Below, piece by piece: positions 49,877 to 61,449 of a DNA stretch of 64,000 bases. Positions within the stretch are counted from its first letter, which is position 1; the number at the start of each line of letters is the position of its first letter. The stretch is from Microthyrium microscopicum (lineage: Eukaryota), in NCBI GenBank assembly GCA_010405405.1, contig MU004230.1:2328627-2392626 (forward strand), written 5' to 3'. The translations under genes were made by a program, and so were the position numbers. The notes beneath the pieces are model-generated. The model did not search any database and was not told where the DNA came from. It worked only from the letters and a program-made list of their open reading frames with translations.

Positions 49877-50943
49877 GGCTAGGGTTTCAATAGTGCTCTA
49901 TACTAGGGACTGTGGATTGTGGAGCTGGTAATGGAGCTGGTAAGAAGGAAAAGAATTAAGCTTAGGCGTTCGGACCTTATAAAGGGTATACTTCACCTGA
50001 GCATGATCGTTAAGCTTCTGCCTTGGAGTATATGATGGAATCTAGTCACTTCGCGTCTCCAGGTGCCAGATATTCTGGGCAACTCAAAGTGAGCCATCCT
50101 CGTGGAGAAAGGCATAGTTCGGGCTCAATGGCTTTTTGTCTGAAGTAGAAAACATTATTTATATACAATGCATTGTGGTTCTCAGTCGCAGTATCGATCT
50201 TTTAGATTGTATTGAAGCACTCAGAAATCTGTCATTATGGATCTATACTTCAGTCAACTTCTTGATGGCCACTGATCTAGACAGATAATGTATATCGGCT
50301 TGCTAAGTAGGTCAGTAGGCACTCAAATATGTATTGCCATAAATAGTGGTTCTTTGTTTTTGTCTTTGTTCTACAGCAAACAGTTAAATCACTGGAACAT
50401 TCCCAGTTGCGAGTTGTCAAATTAAGTGAATGATTGCATACTATGAGAAAGGCAAATCTATTGAGATTATCGCACATGGTTTTTTTGAGCGCCCTTCCTA
50501 AAACCGGGTAAGGCATCTAGAAACCAGGAATCTCCAATAGTTGAGTGTTCGGGGTCGATGAGTGAAACCTGCTTTGTTCAACAATACTCATTTTGGATTG
50601 GGCTGAATGTAGAAGATACAAAAGTTGATTTTGTATGAGTCCTGAGTAGTCTGCTTAGCCCTTCATTCAGATTCAAGGCAGAAGAAAGTTTGTCGTTACA
50701 TACTGTTCAGTCGGAGCCTGATACCAAAAGACTACCATATGCCAGCACAATGGTCAAACAAACTGGAGTACAGACATTACTTCATTGTCTACTAGCTTAT
50801 GGTATTTGAACTGAGTACACTTTATAGCTCTCTCCGGAACCAGAAGGGCAAGTACTGGATAATTGAACACATTAAGAAGAAGAACAGAGCAGTGTTGAAA
50901 TGAAGAAGTTCGTCCTATCACCTTTAGGTTCTCTGATGATACC

Positions 50944-51714
50944 TCAGTCCAAGGGTGCATCCAAGTCCTGCTTCTGCTCCGCCGCTTCTTGCTCATTGCC
51001 AAGAAGCTCTGCTGCTCCTTGCTCTTGAACATTTTGCTCAACTGTCTCTTCTTGAGCTACCGTCGTGCCTCGACTTGGCGACTGTCTCTCCAGGATGAGC
51101 CTGAACATCGTTGCCGTCGAATCAAACCTAATCCACAGCTCATCAATGTTTCTTTGCGACTGAGTTATACGTGCCTCTGCATCGGCGATCACTCTGTCCA
51201 TACTAGCAAGTCGTGAACGTACACTCCCAACTCTTTGGACAGTCGTAGCGAAATCTAGCTGTGCAGTGATACTGTTTTCTGCACTGAAAGCAAGTCCCAA
51301 GGCATTTTGGGCAATAAGAGCTTCCAAGCTGGCAAGTCCTGTTCGTAATTCCGCATCTAGTCGATGCCAGACAGCTAGCGCCGCGATCATGTGGATAACA
51401 TCCGACTCCTGGTCGACAAGGACGGCCTGGGAATCTAGCATATCAGTTTGGAGGGCTCTGAGTTGCGTGGCGTATGGACCGGGAGGAATGATGGACGCCT
51501 CAAACAGAGTACTTCTGGGACTGAACGCCACGGCAACTTGAGGAGCTGGTGTACTAGTAGTGGCGGAGTTTGTATTGAGAGGGTGTAAAGCGTCTGAAGG
51601 AGTGGCCTGAGGTTGTTCTTCTGGGACCGCGGCGTCAAAGAGTCGGTTGATATTGTTGATGATGTCCTCGGCGGTGGCATTGCTAGGCTTGTTGGCAGAG
51701 CTTTTATCCTTCAT
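50944..51714 (-). CDS. Orphan coiled-coil hypothetical protein (256 aa)
   Basis: Intronless ORF, CATCATG start context, heptad-like helical C-half. N-terminal TAEDII is identical to paralog B. Confidence 0.7.
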   Translation of the reverse strand: MKDKSSANKPSNATAEDIINNINRLFDAAVPEEQPQATPSDALHPLNTNSATTSTPAPQVAVAFSPRSTLFEASIIPPGPYATQLRALQTDMLDSQAVLVDQESDVIHMIAALAVWHRLDAELRTGLASLEALIAQNALGLAFSAENSITAQLDFATTVQRVGSVRSRLASMDRVIADAEARITQSQRNIDELWIRFDSTATMFRLILERQSPSRGTTVAQEETVEQNVQEQGAAELLGNEQEAAEQKQDLDAPLD

Positions 51715-52063
51715 GATGGATGATGGGTGGATTGATGGATGGGCAAACTAAAACACCCGGTGGAGTATTCAGACTTTTTACCACATGACTGAAGTGGAAG
51801 AAGATGGAGTAAATCAAGAACTCGCAAAATCCGTGGAAATGTACTCGACTGTTTTGGCTCCCAAGAGGTCTGGTGTGCTCTTGCCTCAAGCTGCATGTTT
51901 ATCTCCCACATTTTGGGAAGGACGACCAATGTGAACATCCGTTTGACAATTCCCACTCGATTTTTTAACTTTGCAAGAACCACACATTTCAGATCGCAAT
52001 CTTGGTTTATCATGGGTTATATTATACTGGTTAGAATTGACAAAACAGTCCGCTCGTTAGATA

Positions 52064-52609
52064 TCAGCGAATAGTGTGATACCAGACAAAGCAAACAAAA
52101 TAGAGGAACCCCAGAACGCGTAGCAACTGATGGTATGGCGCCCACTTCTTCATTCTCTTCAACTCCGCTTCGAATTCCGCGAGACCTTCTTCGCAATCAA
52201 TTATCGCTTCTGTCATAGCCACAGTAAGCATTGCTTGCGCCATGCCTTCCAGAAAAGGATCCCGATGTTCAAAGTGTGCCAGGGAAGAGGATGATTCATG
52301 ACTTGCAACAAGGCCGTCCCAGAGTTGACGTAGATCCGCGAGGGGAGCTGCGCCGGGCGCATCTTCACCTGGGTGGTGAAGTCGGGATAGTATGATGTTG
52401 AAAATTGTATCGGCATTACGAGGGAGAAGCTCTGTCGTGTCCGCATAGAATGCCGCCGCATGTCTATTGATACGATTGAAGTTGGCCGCTGGGGAGACGG
52501 GGATGGTGGGCATGGTGGTTACTGCAGGGTCGAATTGTTCGTCGAGCATCTGGAGGATCGGAGGTACCATGACTCTCATTCTCTTGGTAGGATATTGTTC
52601 TTCCCTCAT
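52064..52609 (-). CDS. Orphan protein starting MREEQ with hydrophobic C-terminal tail (181 aa)
   Basis: MREEQYPT resembles MREEQAPT of paralog B. C-terminal LLRVLGFLYFVCFVWY is a possible tail anchor. Confidence 0.7.
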   Translation of the reverse strand: MREEQYPTKRMRVMVPPILQMLDEQFDPAVTTMPTIPVSPAANFNRINRHAAAFYADTTELLPRNADTIFNIILSRLHHPGEDAPGAAPLADLRQLWDGLVASHESSSSLAHFEHRDPFLEGMAQAMLTVAMTEAIIDCEEGLAEFEAELKRMKKWAPYHQLLRVLGFLYFVCFVWYHTIR

Positions 52610-53051
52610 GATGTGGGATGCCAGGAGTAGGTGCTGAATGCCGAGTACTGGTATGCATGACTTCGTAAAAAGAGAGTAAATGAGAAAACGCTCACCGACA
52701 ATTTGCTTTAGCAGCCTCAGACTTGAGCATACCTTCCCATGTACACATAGGTCTACAACATTTCAGGCAGTTACGCGGGAAGTTGAAAGGAGCAACGGCA
52801 CAGCCTTGCAGTTGCAAATATTCCCTCCGAAGCTTTGAACGTTCACACTCAGACTTGAAACAGATGAAAACAAGTTCAAGCAAGTTTGTATATTTGGCAA
52901 GTCTCTTCATATGATTTATGACACCACGCAACTACCATCAGCTACATCAAGTCTCTCAAAGAAAGTAGACTCCCCCAGTAAGCCTAGGTAACCTTAGGCC
53001 TCTGATTCTTTGCTCCAAGGGCATTCCTTTTCCACACTCAATCTCTATACT

Positions 53052-53786
53052 TCAGCCTCCAAAATGCGGATTCTTTCCGCATTTTTCGATGCTGTCGAGC
53101 GGCAGTCGGTCCCATAGGAAAGCGTGAACAGTACGCACATCGTCTGTCATACTAATACCACGTACAGCCCCATGAATCTCCCGTTTCAGTCGACACAGCC
53201 AGGGTACGGAATCGGGTGGTTGGGAGATACCATTCTGGATAGCGAGCATATCTTTCGCCATCCAGTATCGTATTCGTGTTTCAAGAAATGCGCCTCGATT
53301 CTCAATGTCATCTCGTGGAATTTCCAGAGAGGCTGCGAGAGCAAAGAGCGGCTCCGTTCGTTTGAGCTCTACCCACAGTCTGCGATAAGCGTTTCGGTCG
53401 AGCTCAGGCGTATGTTCGGTGTTCTCTCCACGGCGATAGTTTTTGTAAATAAGTTCGGCAATGGCCATTACTCCGTAAAAGGCTGCATCCTCGGACTCAA
53501 CGTAACGAGCTCGCGCGCCAACAAAGGGATTGTGAATGCGGCGGTTGCGAATCTTGCGAGCGCTTTCGAGAGCGAGACGCTCAGCCGCTGGGCAATCTGC
53601 CTGAAATTTGTAAGTAGGAGTTCAGGACATGTTGTCATTTAGCCAACATTCGTTGAAAGGATCGAAAGATATTCCCAGCACGAATTCCCGGCATGCTATA
53701 TGGAAGCCATGGAGTGGAAATATAGCACAATATGAACCATATCGAGACAGGAGTTTTGTACGAGGGCAACTTACCATAAGTCTCAT
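53052..53786 (-). CDS. Orphan hypothetical protein, second family (intact copy)
   Basis: Micro-exon ATGAGACTTATG followed by GTAAGT; intron 53774-53601; then ADCPAAERL...NPFVGARARYVESED, open into track ORF 53052-53468. Homologous to 54514-55010. Confidence 0.65.
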
Positions 53787-54513
53787 GATGACTATAGTTG
53801 ATAAATGAGTGATGTTTGGAGGGCAAAGTGCGGTCCTTGAGAGGTTGACGATAGAATCGTGAGCTGCGGATTGTGAATCGGGTGTTGCAGATTGGAGTTG
53901 GAAGTTGCGTCTTGATGATTGAAAGAGGACATGAGACGTTTATAGCGGATCCGATATCTCTCAGTGACCAACTTTCGGTCACTTGTTCTGAGTTCAGCGG
54001 TCACCTATAGCCACGAGGTTGTTCCAAAGTGGAAAAAGACTGTACCTTTCAATTAGAGTAAGTAGGTGAGTAGAGAAAGAATTACGCACTCCTACTAACA
54101 ATCAATGAAATGCATAACGTATAACAACTAAAGGCCGGTCAGATTTAGTTCTTTTGAGTGATCCGAGGTAGACCTACTTCCAGTGCGGTATTCTAGTCAC
54201 CAGTGAACCAATCTTGAGTCTTTGACCTTCCGCGTCTTCCACCTCCAGTAAGCTCCTGATGTTACAGCTCAACCTGTTCATGATGTTGGTCATCTGTCAT
54301 ATCAATACCTCTCGTTGCTGCATCAAGCTGATGTTTCCGCCCGGATGGTGAGGCTGAGTGCCAGCTAGTCGCGGGATGGTGCCATTCAATGCCAGCAAAT
54401 CCTCAACCATAGCATACCCAATATTACATGGCAGCCTGACAGCCTCAAATGCCACATCTTAATCTTCCGGAGTCCCAAAGTACGAAAGTCTATGCTTCCG
54501 ACTATGGTATCAA

Positions 54514-55010
54514 CTAACCTTGGTTCCATAGCTCAGCATGCTCGACGCGCTCAGCATCCGTCATGGCCATGCCGCGTACCGCATCTTGCAGGTGTTCACG
54601 CATGGCAAAAGTCATTGAATCTTGAGGATGAGGTTGCGAAGTGCTATTGTTCAGGTAGATGTGTGCCGCGTTCAGATCATAAGAAGGTGCGTTTAGTGGA
54701 CGGCGTTGCAAATTGCTGTTCGGATACACAAGTGTTGCCGCAAGCGCAAAGTGTTGGTTCGCTCTGACAAGATCTGCCCATACTTGACGGTACTCTACAC
54801 CGCACGATTTACAGGCCCGGTCTGACGGTTCTCGCTTCAAGGGGTGTTCTATCGCTCATTACGGATGTCGATATCGTCCATTACTGCGGTGAAAGCCATA
54901 TCTTCGGACTCTACGAACTGAGCTCGTGCGCCAGCGAATGGATTGCGTTCTTGATGCAAGCGAGCGCGAACACGAGCACGCCTTTCTTGTCGTCGACAAT
55001 CACTCAAGGT
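54514..55010 (-). pseudogene. Disabled paralog of the 53052-53786 gene
   Basis: NPFAGARAQFVESED, YRQVW..L...FALAA.L and AVRGMAMTD match the neighbour. In-frame TAG and TGA near 54835-54850 and a frameshift interrupt it. Confidence 0.7.
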
Positions 55011-55291
55011 GGAGAGGTGGAGATGGTGGAGATAAATTCGAGGTTGAAGCGGCAGGTACGAAGGAAGTTAGTGAGTAGCTACCTAGGTAGTTGAGGAAGG
55101 GGCAAAATGCCAAGCCTCACCAAACAACAAATCTCCCAATCCGGCCAAACGTAAACACAACTTCAACATCTCCCGTCATCTCTCCCTACAATTCAACGAA
55201 CTCTTGAACCATACAGTCGGACAAACTCCCCAACAACAATCCTACATAACCATCCCACAATCAAAAGAATCAAAAACAAAACCCGCCAAAG

Positions 55292-56143
55292 ATGGCAGTA
55301 ACAACAACAACCACCACAACCACCGCGCTTGAACAACTCACCCTCCTCCAATCCAGCGCCTCCCTCTCCCTCCTCGACCTCGCCACCAGCTTCACAAAAG
55401 ACACCGCCCAAGAGCCCAGTGGGGCGCGCACCTCCGACGCATCCTCCACCTACTCCGACCCCGACGTACCCACACCCGCCAGTCTTGCAGCCGACCTAGC
55501 GCACTACAAAGAGCTCTTTGACAAACTAAGCTTCAGCTACATCGAACAAGTCACCAAAGAAAAGTTCTTACGCGCAATAACCGCTGAAACACCGCTTTTT
55601 ATTGAGCCTGCAGATAATGCGGCTCTGGAATCACAACTTGCGCTTGAAGAAGAGGAGTTGAAGGAACAGAAAGCACAGGTCGCGGCATTAACGCAACAAC
55701 TTGAGGCGCGGGGACGGGAATTGGCGACACGTTATGAGGGGCTGGTAGAGCAGGGACAGATGGTGCAGGATTTACCGGGCCATTTAGCGGAGTTGGAGGC
55801 GCAGATCGCGGAGTTGAGGGGGGAATATCCTAGTCCGGTGAAGAGTGGTGATGAGCAATTGAATTTGCCGCTCGCGGACACGTTGGTGCTACTGGCGGAG
55901 CAGCAGAAGGAGTTGGCGGAGACGGAGGCGCAGATTGCGGCGCTACAAAGTGAAGGACCAGAGCGAGCGAGGGAGTTGGCAAGGGTGGAGGAGGAGCTTG
56001 CTGGGTTGACGACGCAGAAGAAGATGGCGGTGGGGAGAGCACGAGAGGCGAGGGCGCGAAAGGAGGCGGGTGGTATTGATGAGGTTGAGAGAAGAGGTCG
56101 GTGGTTAAGAGCGGAGGAGGCGCTCTTGAGTGATTTTGTATAG
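55292..56143 (+). CDS. sos7: Kinetochore protein Sos7 (Spc7/Knl1 partner, coiled coil)
   Basis: ADLAHYKELFDKLSFSYIEQVTKEKFLRAI signature, then LNLPL, a long coiled coil and terminal RGRW. Confidence 0.85.
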   Translation: MAVTTTTTTTTALEQLTLLQSSASLSLLDLATSFTKDTAQEPSGARTSDASSTYSDPDVPTPASLAADLAHYKELFDKLSFSYIEQVTKEKFLRAITAETPLFIEPADNAALESQLALEEEELKEQKAQVAALTQQLEARGRELATRYEGLVEQGQMVQDLPGHLAELEAQIAELRGEYPSPVKSGDEQLNLPLADTLVLLAEQQKELAETEAQIAALQSEGPERARELARVEEELAGLTTQKKMAVGRAREARARKEAGGIDEVERRGRWLRAEEALLSDFV

Positions 56144-56490
56144 GGGTAAATACCTGGGGTGATGGATTTTGTGTATGATTAGGACGATGGGACTATAGGC
56201 AATACCCAACGATAATGGTTTATGCGAGCAATTGAATTTTCAAGAATGAGTGTTTAGTAATGCATTGAATATATACAGTGAATATATCATATCAGGAGAT
56301 GGTGCCCAAGATGGCACTTGATATGCAAAAAGCTGAATAATATCGAAACTTTCCTGCAACTGAGCTGAAGAGAATGGTATCAGAAAATAACTCCCCACCA
56401 AAGTAGAATGCAGTAATGCCCAACAAAAGGCTAAAGTAATGAATCGAAAGCGTAAGCAAAACCTCCAATCCAATGATTCCTGTTGGTCCT

Positions 56491-57906
56491 TTAACCTTGA
56501 GTTGTTGCATTCGACCATCTGACAGACGTAACCATCGTCTGCTCTGGCATATCCGTCATAGTAGTCCCAGATCTATACCCAATTAGCTCAATCTCCAAGT
56601 TGTTCTCCAATAACAACACTTACCCATCAGTAGTAGTCGTCTCCGGCGATTCAATCCCCCACTCTACAACGCTACTAACCACCGCCGCCGCACTCGTCTC
56701 CATCGACGCACTTGCTTCACCCAAGTCACTAGCCTCACCCGTCGCGCTCGCCTCACCCGTCACGCTCGCCAAACCAGTCTCGCTCACAACACTCCCATCC
56801 CCAACCGCACTACCCGCACTAACAAGAGCCACCGTCCTCGTAACATGCAACGTCACCGTACTCGTAGCCGTACTCGTCTCCTCACCCACGCCCATCGTAC
56901 TCGACGCATTCGCCAATATCGTCACCGTCGTAAACGGCTGATACACACTAACCGTCGTATCAACACTAACAAACGTTCTCAACGCCGTGATATCTGTACG
57001 TAGAGTCTCAACCAGTAACGCACTAGGCCCACTCATCGTCTCTGAGATCGTCACATGCAGTTCACTCGCGCTCGTGAGGGTGAGTGTATGTACTTCCCAT
57101 GTCTCTAGGGAGTCCTCGCAGGTTGTCCCGTTGGCGCTGAAATCGAAATCCATGTTGCCATTACTGCAGACGCGTACTGTAGCGGTGGATGGCGGTGTTC
57201 CAGGGTTGGTGAGTGATTGCCAGTCCGCGATGTAGAATGTACCGAATTCTGTGATTACCGGTGAAGGCGCTGAGGCGACTGTGGTCAAGCTCGCGGATAG
57301 TCGGAAGTCGCTGCTGAATGTGATGGGCTGGCTGCAGTTCGTCACGGTAAAGGCGGTAGCCACACCATTGAGCGTGGTGTGGCAGATTGGCGTAATGGTG
57401 GGCGAGTAACTTGTGCTGCAGGCGCTGGGATGCCAGGTTGATTCGGCAGACGACATACTGGCGATCGTGCGCGTCGCGTTGGTGTAGTAGCGCGAGACGC
57501 TGGCGCTCGGCAGCGGGCAGAGGCTGTAGTATGGAACGTAGGATGTTACGATTTGGCTTTGCGCTGTGATGGCGATGGGGTCAGCGCCCGGGGAGGGCGT
57601 GATGATTGTGTAGATTGGACGCAATGGGCCGCCTGGATTGAAACTCGTGATTGGAGTTGGGGAGAGAGTGTTGCTGGAGTCTGGATCTGGACCAGCCGCG
57701 TCGCCATAGACGGTTGTCGTCAAGTCCTCAGCAGCGTCGTCTCTGGCGCGTACACCAACTGCTTCGTGGCGATAGCGTAGGTTGGTTGGGCCATTGGCGA
57801 TGCTGTTCTTGCGTCCAAACAGGGCGCGGAGTGGATTGATAGCAATAGAAGAATCGATAAATGAGAGGACGACCAACAGTCGAATTGACTGCCGTCTAGC
57901 AAACAT
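56491..57906 (-). CDS. Secreted Ser/Thr-rich cell-surface protein
   Basis: Signal-peptide-like N-terminus; Cys-containing core (ITAQSQIVTSYVP, CHTTL, VTNCSQPITFS); S/T-rich tail. Intron 56573-56623 extends the ORF to TAA at 56491. Confidence 0.75.
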
Positions 57907-58566
57907 GGTGATGACTGTTAAGGAGCGTATGTCACCGCCTGGTACAAGAAATAATAGAATATAAGGAGAGACACACGATCAGGCTACATGAGTAGGGAAA
58001 TATCCAATGGTAAGGACCAAAACATTGGTTTTGATGATCTAGGTCGAATCTGCGTTTGGCGTGGAAGATTACATTCCCACACGCAAACATTCCTGACCGT
58101 CGTAAACATTAACTTTGATCTGGGCCGCGCGCCGAGACAGGAATGCTGCATCAGAAAAACACAAATCTCTCAACGTAGGAATACTGCGAATTAATTAGCT
58201 GAAGTAAGTCATCAAGTGCGTCACCGCATCATCGTAACTCTGTAGGACGGCTGATTTCAAGGTGATTCATGGCGAACGTTATTAGCTATTGTCTCGCGTA
58301 GTCTATGTGGTAGACCAATCAGTAATATAATTACAATATAGGCGCCGTAGCAGCCATTGTTCCAAAATCATCCTCATTTGCAGCATGTTCAATCGTGAGA
58401 TGTGACTGCAAAACGCTTCTTGAATGGTATCCAAACCATTACATGTACATCTCATCGTAACCCGGTAAAAGAAAAGAAAATAACCAGATATCATGGAGGG
58501 GTATCATGCAACAAAAAAACAAAACAATATTGAAGGTGTGTGTAATATAGAGTTGTGTGATGTGTA

Positions 58567-60238
58567 TTAGTGGAAGGCGGTAATGTAAGGCCCAAAGTCT
58601 TCCGGAAGTCCGAGGAGGCCAAGAGGTAGAGGTCCGTTGACAACGTTGCCGCAGCTCATCATGATTTTTTCTCCATCAGTCTTCTTCCATATCTGAAGGA
58701 GAAGCCACCAGCGGCTAACGAGTCTGAGAGTGCGAGCGTGAATGAGCTCTTCGAGCTTCTTTTGGTTGTCCAGTAGAACAGCCTGTTTATCTTTGACTTG
58801 CTGGTCATAGTCTTCTCTTAAACTTCGTTCGAAATCTTCCAGGTCCTTTTGCTGGTTTCGTTTTGAGTCGTGTCCTTCCCGAGTCTGATCGCGATAGAGG
58901 TTTCGAAGTTCTCGTTCTTGACGAGCAGCTGATCTTTCCAGCGCTCTTTCTTCCTCGGCCAATCGAAGGTGATCCGTTTCAGTGGCGGATTCTCCAAGAA
59001 GTGATAGACGGCGGTTCATGTGTTTAAGCGCAGTCACATTTTTTGTTTTGGTCTCGGCGCTTTGTGCCGTATGTTCCTCCATCTTTGTGATTTCTTGAGC
59101 AAGATGTTTGTTTTCCATAGCTTCAGTTGCGGCAATATGCTGTGTATGATTAGTAAAATTCGAGCAGAAGCAGTGAGAGAGTACTGACCTTTTTCTTTAA
59201 GTCGGCTATCCGGATTTCTATGCGACTCTCCAAATACATTCTTGATCTGCCGACAAACAATGGTAGAGCCACCCGTTGATGTTGAGAGAAATCTATGAAC
59301 CGTTTTGCTTCTTCTTGACACTTTGAACGCAGAGTAATGAAACTCGAGACCTTGGTGCACCGCTGTAAAGTTCTACTATCGAGCCAGGAGAAGGAAGTGA
59401 GATCTGTGAAGGAACTAGCTGATGTTCGAGATGAGATGGATGTAGGAGAGGTAGTAGAGGCCTGATCTGATTTGGATGATTCTAGAGCAGGTACTTCGCC
59501 ATCAGTCGGTATGGGTACCCAATTGCCGCTTTCGTCTAGTCGAGAAGGCACAAGTTGAGAGGGTGATTTTGGCGAACCACGAAATAGGTTCATGAATGAT
59601 TCTCTTGTTTTTGTTCTTCGCGGACTTCGTGGGGAAGCAGGGCCTCGGGAAAATGTTGAGAAGAGAGAATTGGCCGTTTCCGGTCGGCCATCGACAGACA
59701 GAGACGTTTGTCTGCCACTAAATTTCCGGAAAGTAAGTGAAAGGGAGGGTCGAGATGGATTGGCATTAAAATCGGTACTTGATGTTCGAAAGCTTGTGGA
59801 TGACTCGCTTCGCAAAGTAGTTAACGAGTCTTCCGACTCTTCGGGTGTTGGTGGTAATTCCTTTTTATCCAAAACAAATGATAGATCCAGCATCACGGGT
59901 CCTGGGGGTAAAGATGGTAGACTACGCATGTAGTTTGCCGGCAAATGTTGTTCCGGTACTCCAAGTTCTTTTGCGATATATAACAGCTCTTGTTCCAACA
60001 ACTCCTCATCCACCTGCTTGGCAAATACAAAGTCATGGTACAAATGTAAATCAAAAACAGTGGAAACCTTTTCGATTTGTGTAAGCGCATTGGTATATCG
60101 TTTCTCTGCGGAGAGATGAGGATCAAGGGGAGATGGGCCAACATCAGGAACTGTGCATAATTGTAGTATGCGATTGACGTTGACCATTTCGGCAGCATCC
60201 ATTTGTGAGGCCGCAGGCGATGGATCAAAGTGTGGCAT
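58567..60238 (-). CDS. Hypothetical protein, Ser-rich middle and C-terminal coiled coil
   Basis: Intron 59140-59188 joins ORFs 59150-60955 and 58567-59118 in frame. First ATG (MPHFDP) at 60238. Confidence 0.75.
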
Positions 60239-61449
60239 ATCGATTGCCTGGCGTTGGTCCGAAAATGTCAGATTTGTCCTACCAGAAGGCGGGATGGAAT
60301 TTCTCAGTGACAGGCATGCGCGGCCATATGATGTATTTGATGTCAATATGTTGTTTTGTATTCTAGTGTCGCGACGAGGCTCCGGGCACCACGAAACGAT
60401 AGATAGGAAGGAACTAGTTGAAAGACAATATCCCAAGGTGGAAGGTTTAATCAAGTGAGTGACAGAACTAGAAACTCGAGTGAGTGAAGGCGGATGGGTT
60501 GAAGTTGAGCTGTGGCGGAGTGGGCGGTCGGAGATTTGGTGAGTATTTCCTAGGCGGTTAATGGCAATATCAGGAGTCTCCGAGTCCTGGGAAGAAGGCC
60601 AAAAAGGGGATTGGTGATTTGGTTGATATTCACGGAGACCACGAGAGGAAAGGGTTGGAAAGTGCACCAGTTCAGCGCAACAATCAGGGACCAGGAGAGT
60701 CGAATGGGTAGAGAAGCCTAAGGAGCAGGAGGAAGGAGAGCGAAGAGGCAGAGGAAGCATCTTAGGCGGTGTTGACCTTGGGATGGGCAAAATGGCTTGA
60801 TTTGGCTGCAGGTTTGCCAGCGACCAGCGGTGGTGGGGGAGACAGCCACTGGCCTCGTCGAGAAACTTGGTGGAGTCTTTTCGTAGAATTTGGCGTTGAC
60901 AAGTCAAGTGTCCGAAGAGACCGATCCAGTCAGCAAGCCAGAGGGACGCCTCCAAGCCATTTTCAGCCTTGGTGTCGCTTGCTGTCCACTCATGCAGGCG
61001 AAATCGCGGCCAGTCAAGCCAGCACCGAATCGAGGCATGCTACCGCCAATCGCACTCCCTGCCTGCAGCTCTTGAGCAGATCCCTGATGTGCCGACCCGC
61101 TCCCCGGGTTGAGATTGAGATTTCAAGAGTCAATGGTTTGGCCTGGGTACGGAGATGGAATGCAGGATATCATGACCTTGATTGAGTAGCTGGAAACAGC
61201 ATGTGTAGTCGTGGGAGGCAGTGGAGCAAAGACTCGTTACAGGGATCAAAGACGATCAATGTTTTGACATGTCTGGTCTGTGGGCACTGGGCACAGAGAA
61301 AGAGGAGCAAATTACCAGTAGAAAGTGAGAAAGACGGAGAAAGCAGTGGCAGGCAAAGCCGCAATGCACAGCAAAACCACAGCAAAATTGGAGGAGAAGT
61401 TTCCACACACCCTACTCAATGGCACCCCCGTGTTTCTACACACCCTCTA

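Noticed and set aside
45000..55100. Array as cargo of a Starship or other mobile element
   Set aside because: No tyrosine recombinase or transposase, terminal repeats or target-site duplication seen. Flanks are ordinary housekeeping genes.
60239..60955. N-terminal 240-aa extension of track ORF 59150-60955
   Set aside because: Begins at a non-ATG codon and is pyrimidine-rich like a 5'UTR. The first ATG at 60238 is preferred.
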